Shown here in pieces: positions 39,044 through 49,617 of a stretch of DNA of 64,000 nucleotides; position 1 is the stretch's first letter; every line of letters begins with the position of its first letter. The DNA comes from Takakia lepidozioides (lineage: Eukaryota; Plantae; Bryophyta): the NCBI GenBank assembly GCA_030704615.1, contig CM060731.1:27838001-27902000 (forward strand), given 5' to 3'. Position numbers and translations under genes: made by a program. The notes below the pieces were generated by a model, which saw only the letters and a program-made list of their open reading frames with translations, had not been told where the DNA came from and did not search any database.

Positions 39044-41296
39044 TTACTCACATGAGAAATCGGAATCAACATCTAGAGCATCGGGCTCTTGGAGATCCTG
39101 CTCCACAACAATGTTCTCAGTCTGGGTCGAATGCGATGAACCCCTAGACAGAGGTGCGATGATTTGAGAGTAGAGATGCTCGTCCCCCTCCATCCCAAAA
39201 AAATGCCTTCCTGCATACTTGCATGCATGGAAGGAAGCCCCTGCAACAGTGCAAATGGATCCACAAAACAAAGTAAGAAGCAGAATCTGAAGGCAAAGAA
39301 GTGCACCCAAGCAATGGAATCGTAGACGTTGGCTGTGTACAGAGGTTGGCAGACAAGATGGTCAGTGAGAAGTGTCTACGAGCAGGGAGAATGGCACAGA
39401 AACTGATGCATGGTGTGGTGGTTGGGAGGACTGGATGTAGTCCAGTACCATGTGCAATTCTTAGGATTGTGTGATAGTCTAGTTGAGTTAGTGATCAGTG
39501 GAACTGCAAGGATCTGTATATAAAGTACTCGTTGGTATTTGGTCATGTTGGAATAAGAGCCAAAGACACACAACAATGACTGTAGCGATCTATGATATAT
39601 GATCTCACCTACTTGCCAGGGACTTAGTCTAAATTCAAGTCTGGTCATGAAGGAATCATTGGCAGGGAATTAAGGTTGAAGATCCAGAGGCACAGGCAGT
39701 ACAGTGAGAAAGGTTGGGTACCAACCTGTACCCATGGACAGGTCCACCACTTTCCCACCATGCCGGCTGCATGTCTCAATCAAAGTCTGCATGAAAGCGG
39801 GTGACTTCTCCCGATCACCTCTCCATGGAATGCCACCAGTTTTTTTCAATGTCTGGGAGGAGTCCACATAGTTGTGGATAACATCGGATTGCACAGGGTC
39901 GCATTTAGGGTCTATGTGAAGCCCCCCTTCCCAAACTTCGAAATGGCCAACATGAGCAGGAGTGGTGTCTGGCCGAATTTGAGCAAGACAAATGGCCTTG
40001 AATACATGTGTCTGCAGCAGCACCAATGTTAGAAACATTGTGAACGGAAATTCCACGAAACAATAACACACAAAAAACCCCAGGCGAGCATCTTCTGTCC
40101 GGGAAACTCTGCATTAGATAGTGGCAGGGTGTTAACACAAGTCCAAATTTTGCGGATTTTGAACCCCGACGACTTCATGTAGCTGTGAAGCAACCGGCGG
40201 GATGCCATGTCCTCACCCTGGAAAATCAAAAGCGACCCAGCGTCAGACAGAAACTTGTTGCTGAAAGAGAAGGCCCACTGCCAGTAAAGTGGATTATGAG
40301 CATTCCAGGCTGGAGTCACATCTGTGGGAATGATATCAGGCACTGGAAGCCCATCTGGGATGTCAAGACAAGATCTGTCGCGTAGGGCTGGTGCACTCCA
40401 TTCACCCAACATGGCGTCCTGGTGACCTGAAACGAGGACAGACAATCGTATGAGATAAACAAATTGCAGTGGAGACACCCGAACCAGTGATCGTTGCACC
40501 TCCCATATTAAGATGTCGTTGACGACACCTTAATGCACCACCTACGCTCCCCAACAATGCATCAAAAATGACCAGAGTATGATAGATGCGGCGGGCTCAC
40601 CAGGGTGAGGAAAGAGCACAGATGGTCCCATGTAGGTGACTTCACACCCACGAAAGTGGACTTTCTTGACTCCATCATACGGAGAAAGCTCATGTTGGCC
40701 GTTTTACGCTGGAAGTGCGGGCCCACAACCCTGGACACACACAGCCGTGCTTCGTAAGGGTGTTTCTTTGCTATGTGTGTACTGCGTCGATCTACAGCGG
40801 TGGATGTGTTGGCGGCCTGTGTCTGTTGTTTCTGGGCAGGTTGCACAGCCAAATGAACAGAAGCCCCAGCTGGCCCAGCAGTGTCAGGAGGGTGTGCCAC
40901 TGCTTCCCCAGCAGCCCCAGTACCCGCATCAGCCGTTGTAGCCTCCACTGTCTGTTTCCCCTTCTTTTTCTTCTTGCCGTCAGAAGGGGTGGCCGGTTTT
41001 GTAGGCTCTTTCTTATTCAGTAGCGCCAAGGCTCTTTGCTGCAACTCCTCATCTGTCCGGGGGGCCAGTGAATCTGCGTTTTCGTTCTGATTCCTCATGA
41101 CATTCTCCTCCCAGGGAGTCGAAGCTCTCGGGCAGTCCACGTACCACCCACAGTCATGGTAATGTGCCCAACCCCAGTCCTTCACAATGCCAGCAGTGTA
41201 CATTGTGGTTTCATCGTTTGGGTTCGCCCATCCACGAATGAAGTCTGGATCCTCACTCAGGGTGTTCTCCGGAATAAGAACAAAGCGAAAGTACCT
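39044..41296 (-). pseudogene. Multi-exon gene with a C-terminal beta-class amino-(N4C/N6A) methyltransferase-like domain, probably damaged
   Basis: Motif IV-like DIPD.LP...PAWN, then FLSDAGSLLIF, PWRGDREKSPAFMQTLIETCSRHGGKVVDLSMGTG spliced (intron 39241-39725, GT-AG) to ASFHACKYAGRHFFGMEGD. The donor of the 40012-40091 intron reads AT. Confidence 0.7.
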
Positions 41297-41690
41297 GCAG
41301 AGAAGAAGACCATCCCGCTTAGAGAGTTTCCTTGAACACAACAGAAATGGCCATAGAACTGCTATAAATGGCTGCATTTCACTCTGAAGATTAAGGTGTC
41401 GTCAACGACATCTTAATCCAAGCACTAAGAGGCAGGACTCCACAACTGATGTTGGCAATTTTCCCAAAAATCAGACCATGTAAGATCCCCCTTCATATGC
41501 TCACTCATCCCAAGAGAGCATGGATTTAAGGTATCGTCAACGACACCTTAATTCCCATTCTCAAAGCTTCAGAGTCCAGTCATACAACGGAAACTTGTGC
41601 TTTAATCGTGATCCTTTATGTTTGAAAGAAAACCCTCAATATCTGAATGGCTGACCAGATTAAGGTATTGTCAACGATGCCTTAATCAGC
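40508..41690. repeat. Second cluster of the 26-bp palindrome
   Basis: Copies at ~40520 (inverted), 41403, 41538 and 41672, with dissimilar spacers. Confidence 0.85.
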
Positions 41691-42801
41691 CTCCTTCTGT
41701 CCGTATCAAACTCTCTGAATACCCACCAGCCTTTTCTTCTTTGCTTCAAAAAGCCATGGCAGACTTCGAACTTTAGCACCTCTTTTCTGCTTCACAACAA
41801 CCCTCAGAAATGAGAATGGCACTAATACAGAAACCAGTTTTTTTAACGGCTCTTCTCACACATTTTGGTGTGAAAAGAGCCCAAGTTCACACCCCCCCTT
41901 GGTGTTAGGTTAACCTAGTCCTTTGCACCACATGTGAACTTTCTTGGTCCTATGAAAAAAACCATCTCACACCAAACTTGCACCTGATGTGGCAGTAGGT
42001 TTAGGTGGCTCTTTTGACGGATATTTTGACGGCCGTTTTGACTGGTTAGTTCAAAAACTATTTTGACTAAGTAATCTTAATGGTCTTTCTACGGTACTTA
42101 TTACACCTCATTGCCACCATGTCTGCCACATGTATGTCAAAGGGAATGCCACGTAATAGAGTCCATCAGAATTATTAAATAAATAATAGATATTAAGGGC
42201 TCTTCTTACGGATTCTCTCACACAGATTTAACACCAGGTTCAAGTCGTGGTGTGATTGCAATGACACTAGTGTGAATACTGTCATATCCATTGTTTTGTT
42301 CCTATTGGACGAAAAGTAAACAATTATTATTTGTTGACAAATGCCAAAATGAATAGTCATATATTATTATTATTATTATTATTATTCTTATTTCTTATAA
42401 TAAATGGGATAGCACCCCAAAAGCCATTGGCTGCTTGATTTAATATGTAATATATTATTATTTTAGAAATTTTATTTGTTTTGTTTCATTTAAACAAAAG
42501 CTTATTTAAAACAGGGATAATAATTGTATTATTAACCACATTGACCAATAGTAATGTTATTAATATTAAATATAGCAAACAACCAGCAAAATACCACATT
42601 CATGTCTACACAAGAAAAATTTGGCTTGATGTGGGAAAATGAAGTTGCCCTTGAACAAGGGGATCTTGTGATCATACATGAGAATAGCAAGAGCATCAAT
42701 TCAAAAAATACTGTTCATGTGAGAAGAGCTGTTTTGTTCACCTGTCTCAGCAACCCTCAATCCATAAAGAAAACTAAACTAAACTTGTAGCACCTTCAAT
42801 A

Positions 42802-43055
42802 TCACGCGTGTTTAAGAAACTTTTCAGACCATAAGGTGGAACTTCCCTGCGTGTCACCCAATGTGGTATAATTAGGGGTAACAGAGTAGTCCGGGTACGG
42901 CAACACAACCTCTGAAATCATGACCGATTTCACATGGATACGGTAATAGTTGTCTGGCACATTTGCTTTCGGAAATCCAGCATATATCCCACACCTGCCC
43001 TTCTTTTTGGTGCACAAGGATCAAACAATAACACCTTGTCACCGATCTGAAACTG
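42802..43055 (-). pseudogene. Tnp1/En-Spm-like C-terminal domain exon of a CACTA accessory gene
   Basis: FQIGDKVLLFDP...VPDNYYRIHV.SV....VLPYP...TTLGDTQGSSTLW; frameshifted. Confidence 0.55.
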
Positions 43056-43799
43056 CAACAAAAACCAGATTCCTATATCAGAAATGAACCCTGGGAGAAC
43101 AGAGACTGACAGCTTGGCACTCCTGCAAAATGACATTGAAGTTCTTCCAGCAAACACCCCAACCCTACCTATTGCAGTACTTCCAATTCCGAATTGCATT
43201 TGCTTGTCTCTATACTACATGCTGACATGATCAAAGCTGGAACGGTGCCATACCTAGTTGGTAGCACGTTATGCATGGTCAACATGGATGTGGTAGGACG
43301 ATGTCACAAAACTACCTTTGTAGGTTGTTGGGCCTGCAGCTATGTGGCGATACATAGGGGGTGTATTGATCCAGCATCAGACAAGGAAACAAAATTGCAC
43401 AAAGGGAAGTACTTACACTGTGCGGATTTTGTTGGGTCACCTTGTGGTTCAGTTAGATCCACTGTGGTTGTAGTCTGATTGATAGCACATATTGTACTCT
43501 CCCTGTCCATTTGAACGCTTCACTGGTTTCACCATCTGTATATTGAATGACACAACGATCAAAAAATGAGAATAGCACGAATGACACACATTGTGAAGTA
43601 GCATTAACAATACAAATCCACCCACGCGCCCAAGCATTGAAACTTTTGCTCTCACCTTTCTTTGATTATACTTTGTTGTTGCATCGGGAGGCAAAGTCGT
43701 TGGAACTTTGGCAGCAGGAAGCCCTGGTTCGGATGCCTTTTGCAGATTGTTGTGATCCACTACCCATGGCTGCAGTATTGAACAAGTAGTTGGGCTGCC

Positions 43800-44340
43800 C
43801 ATATCTGTATGGGTGCCCTGACACATACTCAGGGATGTGTGCAGCCTTGGATACACCTCTAACCAAGGCAGTAATTCTTTCATAAGCCTCTTGCAGTTTG
43901 GCTGATCCCTCAACTTCCATGGATACGGGAAGATGCAATTATTTGCAAGGTTGGGTAAGCAAATGAGTGGGGAATCGTCCACCAGCAAAGTATTGGTTGG
44001 ATTGTAATGGCTGTGTGTCCTTCCAAAACTTACATAAGTTCTTGTACATGACAGTTTTAGAAGGATTGAAAGGGTCCACCATTCCCACAGGCTGGTCACA
44101 ATAGTCTTGGTGAAGCACCATCTTTGGTTGCTTCCCACGAAACAAAGCTTTCACAACTAGAAGGACATTACTCAATGACATGGAAGACCATACACCTACA
44201 TCAAAAATCTGAAGGCATCGGTCCAGAAACTCCTGACACCCAGGTCTGGAGGTGACAGTGGGCTCTAGGTATTCCCTTGTTCGTAGTCTGGTCTCACATA
44301 ACAATCCATTCAAGTCAAGTATAAGGCTCTCAGTTGCCGA
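43800..44340 (-). pseudogene. NIF/FCP1-like HAD phosphatase domain in the CACTA accessory region
   Basis: LILDLNGLL, RPGCQEFL, VGVWSS, HQDYC, KNLCKFW, frameshift, then NTLLVDDSP...NCIFP..W. Confidence 0.78.
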
Positions 44341-45388
44341 AGGGCAATTACCTACAACTTGTACATGATTATCATGTACAAAAGACACACCTTTCTGTGG
44401 GGCACTCTGCAAATTCATGGAGACCTCACAGGCATATTGAGAGGGTAGTACATATGCCGGCAGTGCTACTGGTGTAGGGGACAACAAAACTGATGAACAC
44501 TTTGCAGTTGCCTCAACAATATGGGGGGATGGATTGAGTTCACCTGCAGACCAACCCTCCATGTCATCATCCCCCTCCATTTCTGAATGCCCAATTAATG
44601 AGCCTATTGTGTTTGGCTTTGGTGGCGGTGAAGAAATTGCCTTGAACAGGTTGAGTGGTGAGCCCATAACATGAGAAATAGTCTCATTTGTTGTCTATGG
44701 CGCAAAGGTGGTGCATGGTGGACTTGTAGGCTGTGAATCTGACACATTCATGCCAAGTTTAGCTGCGAGCGCAATGTTGAATGCAGCTGCTGCCTCCAGT
44801 TGGACTTGGACTGCTTCCAAAGCTGCCTTGGAACTGGCTTCCATCTGCACTTGTTTGTTTTCCATAGCATCGAGGCAAGCTGCTAGTGAACCAATTCCCT
44901 GCCCCATCACATAGAACAACAATTCACTACACTGACTGTGATGAACTAGTAAGAAAAAGAACCAAACGGCAACTAGCAATGGCATGGAAATCACGAATAT
45001 GTAATTCACACCAGAATTGGTACTGAGTTTTTATACCGTTGTGGCTGCACTGCCTGTACATCCCGACCCGTAGCCTTTGTCACTCCTGGCGCTACCGGCG
45101 ATCTCCTGCAAACTTGTGTACGGTCCAGTCTCCTTCTCCTGTGATTGCAACAAACTTGCAAGTGTAAATGACTAGCATAGCACACTGCCAATAGTAAAAA
45201 ATTATCTAGGATAGCGTCAATGACTCCCCCTCAATAAGAGTGCTTAGTTTCTTGCTGGCGCCCAACTCTGAGAAGGCCCCCAAGTAGTAGCAATGTGTAC
45301 TAATTCCATCCATATAGGAATAGACTATGAGCTCCAGCCAAAAAAACCCAACACATAAAGTTTGTCAATGCAAAACAATGTGGGAACT

Positions 45389-45713
45389 TGTCAAGTTATT
45401 TTACCACTAGTGTGAAACTAGCTAGGAAATAGCTAGCTTTTACATATTGACATTTGGGATTGGCCCAAGTGTCAATCCAGGGGTCAAGGCAGATTTAGGC
45501 CCTGAGTGGTTATCTTCACGGCAAGCGCGGGAGGCTCATCTTTCTCGAGTTGAGCCTCACCGCGCCTAGCTATGGCGCCGTAGTGTGGATTCCCCATGGC
45601 GTGGGGTGCACTTGGCTTGACTTGTATTTGAGTGATGAGGTTATATATGCATGAGTTTATGCTTCATCTTTGTGAGCTCGCATGAGCTTGTGCTTGTATT
45701 CTTCTTCTTTATC
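45389..45713 (+). repeat. Terminal repeat A1
   Basis: Matches 57375-57700 with 1 indel and 1 substitution seen. Confidence 0.95.
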
Positions 45714-45730
45714 ACTCGAGAAAGATCAGC
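45714..45730 (+). promoter_or_regulatory. Putative self-priming primer-binding site
   Basis: actcgagaaagatcagc is 16/17 complementary to 45534-45550 inside A1; there is no TGG-type tRNA PBS. Confidence 0.55.
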
Positions 45731-47252
45731 TCGTATCTATGAGTGCTAGATACGAGTTAGTTGTAGCACTTGTGGTCTTTGCTTGAGAATGAGAGAAACC
45801 AAGTTGTTATGCAAGGAGCACCATGGAGCTCTTGGTTGTTAGAAGCGGAGGCGATGTGGGTTACGAGGTGGTAGACCTTGGCATTCGATCTTCAGCTTCA
45901 GAGATGAAAGCACATGCTGCACGGTAATTCCAGAGCACCTTGATGGTTTCAGATTGTGTACATGCATGAGCAAGCACGATTGGGAAGAGGACCAGTCAAG
46001 AGCAAGTTATAGTGGCTTTGGTGGCAAAGCTGAGAACTGGACTTGGGAATGCGAGCTGTCATTGTGTGAAGGATTGCAAGACCAAGCGAAAGGGCTGATT
46101 TGGCTTGGGGCAAATCAGTGCACTTTGTGGAGTATGGTGAGATTGGGTTTCAATCTCGAGCTTCAGCATTGAGAGGGCTCTTGTCGTGGCAAGAGCAGGG
46201 CTGGAACAGGAGCTAAGAGGTGCGGCAAGGCCATGGAATGTGCACCTAGGGTTTCAGAGCTTGGAAGAAGAGCTCTTGCACCACAAGAGAAGTGTCTTGT
46301 GGCTGGAAATGTAAGCCTTAGGGTTTCAGGAGCTTGGCAAGGGCTGTGGAGTGCTTAGTCTTGTCTTAGAGAGCATCAAGGAGCCAAGGAGCCAAGATAG
46401 GGGGCTGATATCTCTTGTGTGAAGAGGTTGCATGTGTGGAGCATGTATTCAGCTCATTGAAGCTTCCATCTTCAAGCTTGGAGGGCAAGCAAGGAAGAGG
46501 GAAGGGCTGACTTCCCTTATGTGAGGGCAATGTATGTGTGGAGCATGCTATCAGCCTGGTGAAGGCTTGCACTTTTAGGTGTGGGAGTGCAAGAAAGGAA
46601 GGAAGGGGCTGGTTTCCCTGTAGGGCATGTAGAGCATGCTTTCAGCCTGCTGAAGCTTGTATTATCAGGTTTGTGGGTGCAAGAAATGAAGCAAAGGAGC
46701 TGATTCTCTTATGGTGAGAGTGGGGCATGTGTGGAGCATGCCTTCAGCCCATTGAGGCTCTTGTTTTCAAGCCTTAGAGAGCTAGAACGGAAGGTCTAGG
46801 GCTGGTTTCCACTTGGAGTGAAAGAACAGCACTTGTAGGGCCTATGTGAGTTGGGGTTTCAACTTCAAGCTTGAAGGGAGCGCAACTCTTGAAGCAACAG
46901 GTGTAGAGGGCTGGAATAGGCTCTAAGACAGATGCTATGGCCAATGAGGGGAGTGCTTGAATGAGTGCTCACAAGGGCTGGGAACCAGCAGGGCTTGGTT
47001 GTTTGCCATTGAGTTTAGTGGCGTGTTTGGGGAGGCTAAGTGAGAAAGAAGGCTTGGTTTGTGGCAACCACCTCATGGCTTAGGGCTACTATGGTGGTGT
47101 GTGGGAGCCGAAAGAGCAAGGATACCTTGCTGATTTCCTCACAGCCACCATAGCTCGGTGGAAAGAAGCCTAGAGTCCAAGAGACACAAACCCTAGCTTG
47201 GCGTGGCTAAACCCCTTGGAGAAATGGCTAAACTGCCAGAGCGGCCATGTGT

Positions 47253-48880
47253 GGGGCTGTGACAGGCTGTGGCAAGCTGTGACAGGCTGTGATGGGCTGT
47301 GTCAGGCTGTGACAGGCTGTGCCCAGTGGCCTTTGGGGCTGTGACGGGCTGTGCGGGGCTGTGACAGGCTGTGCCCTGAGGCCTGTGGGGCTGTGACGGG
47401 CTGTGACATGCTGTGCCCTGTGCCCTGTGGGGCTGTGCGGGGCTGTGACAGGCTGTGCCCTGAGGCCTGTGGGGCTGTGACGGGCTGTGACAGGCTATGG
47501 CGAGCTGTGACAGGCTGTGCCCATGGCCTTTGGGGCTGTGACGGGCTGTGACAGGCTGTGCCCAATGGCCTGTGGGGCTGTGACGGGCTGTGACAGGCTG
47601 TGGCAAGCTGTGACAGGCTGTGATGGGCTGTGATGGGCTGTGACAGGCTGTGCCCTGTGCCCTGTGGGGCTGTGACGGGCTGTGTCAGGCTGTGACAGGC
47701 TGTGCCCAGTGGCCTTTGGGGCTGTGACGGGCTGTGACAGGCCGTGCCTGAGGCCTTTGGGGCTGTGACGGGCTGTGAGGGGCTGTGACAGGCTGTGCCC
47801 TGTGCCCTGTGGGGCTGTGACGGGCTGTGTCAGGCTGTGGCGAGCTGTGACGGGCTGTGACGGGCTGTGACAGGCTGTGGCAAGCTGTGACCGGCTGTGA
47901 TGGGCTGTGATGGGCTGTGATGGGCTGTGACAGGGTGTGCCCTGTGCCCTGTGGGGCTGTGACGGGCTGTGTCAGGCTGTGACAGGCTGTGCCCAGTGGC
48001 CTTTGGGCTGTGACGGGCTGTGCGGGGCTGTGACAGGCTGTGCCCTGAGGCCTATGGGGCTGTGACGGGCTGTGACAGGCTGTGGCGAGCTGTGACAGGC
48101 TGTGCCCATGGCCTTTGGGGCTGTGACGGGCTGTGAGGGGCTGTGACAGGCCGTGCCTGAGGCCTTTGAGGCTGTGACGGGCTGTGAGGGGCTGTGACAG
48201 GCCATGCCCATGGCCTTTGGGGCTGTGACGGGCTGTGAGGGGCTGTGACAGGCCGTGCCTGGGGCCTTTGGGGCTGTGAGGGCTGTGAGGGGCTGTGACA
48301 GGCCGTGCCCATGGCCTTTGGGGCTGTGACGGGCTGTGAGGGGCTGTGACAGGCCGTGCCTGAGGCCTTTGAGGCTGTGAGGGGCTGTGAGGGGCTGTGA
48401 CAGGCCGTGCCCTAGGCCTTTGAGGCTGTGACGGGCTGTGATGGGCTGTGGCAAGCTGTGACAGGCTGTGATGGGCTGTGATGGGCTGTGACAGGCTGTG
48501 CCCTGTGCCCTGTGAGGCTGTGAGGGGCTGTGACAGGCCGTGCCCATGGCCTTTGGGGCTGTGACGGGCTGTGAGGGGCTGTGACAGGCCGTGCCCATGG
48601 CCTTTGGGGCTGTGAGGGGCTGTGAGGGGCTGTGACAGGCCGTGCCTGAGGCCTTTGGGGCTGTGACGGGCTGTGAGGGGCTGTGACAGGCCGTGCCCAT
48701 GGCCTTTGGGCTGTGACGGGCTGTGAGGGGCTGTGACAGGCCGTGCCTGAGGCCTTTGAGGCTGTGAGGGGCTGTGAGGGGCTGTGACAGGCCGTGCCTG
48801 AGGCCTTTGAGGCTGTGACAGGCTGTGAGGGGCTGCGACAGGCTGTGCCCAGTGGCCTGTGGGACTGTGACGGCTGTGAC
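47253..48880. repeat. Minisatellite of ~10-bp GGCTGTGAC(A/G) units with higher-order variants, in the retroelement leader
   Basis: Directly visible tandem array of ~1.6 kb. Confidence 0.97.
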
Positions 48881-49617
48881 CAGTGAGCTGTGTGGGCCTG
48901 TGCTGGTCTGTGGTGGCCCGTGTTGACCTGTGGACGGCCTGTGCTGACTCGTGGAGGCACTGGTGGACTGCCTAAGGACTGGCATGTGGTCTGGAAGGCC
49001 GAATTTTGAAGCTCGTGGAGGGCGGTTTGAGGAGTATCTTCATGATATTCCCATGGTCATGCAAGTGAGGATAGAGAGGAGAGGCAGAGTGTTGGGATGA
49101 GAGCATGCTGGGGTTAGGCATTGCTTTAGCTTCTCTTCCTCGTAGTTTCCACCCTCTCATTAGGCCAAGACCTTTCCGTAGGTGGAGGCAAGAGTCAGTC
49201 CGGGTTTGGGCTGGGGTGTCCTTGCAGGAGCAACACCGTGGAGTTGTTTTTGGTGTGGGGGAGTTGTCGTTCTGATTTCTTGTGTTTGGATCCCCTCCAT
49301 ACCTGCATGCTTGACTGTGCGCCATGCTAGTTTTGTGTGGGCGCTTGTTTTTATAGGTGATTGGTCCGGATTTGATCACCGGCCAGTCCTAGAGCATGCT
49401 GTCGATGGTGAGGCTGGGGTGATGACCAGCCAGACCATCATTGTTTCTCCTGTGGTGAGGTTGGAGGTGATGACCAGCCAACCATAGGAGTGCTTGCGGT
49501 GGATGCAGGTACAGGTGTAGGCTATGTTAGGAACTTAGTATTCCAAACCATAAGCCGCAACAGGTTCTCTACCCGGTTACCTTGTGGAGAGGGGGTTAGG
49601 GACATGTTCATGACCGG

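Noticed and set aside
24123-41690. CRISPR array interpretation of the phased palindromes
   Set aside because: Spacers are ~110 bp and partly duplicated, no cas genes are present, and the context is eukaryotic and intronic.
42245-42272. ...CACTAGTG after subterminal-like repeats as the outer CACTA end
   Set aside because: I could not find the partner TIR or TSD, so the outer CACTA boundaries remain undefined.
47193-48985. Repetitive ORFs (TACHSPSQP...)
   Set aside because: These are translations of the stop-poor minisatellite.
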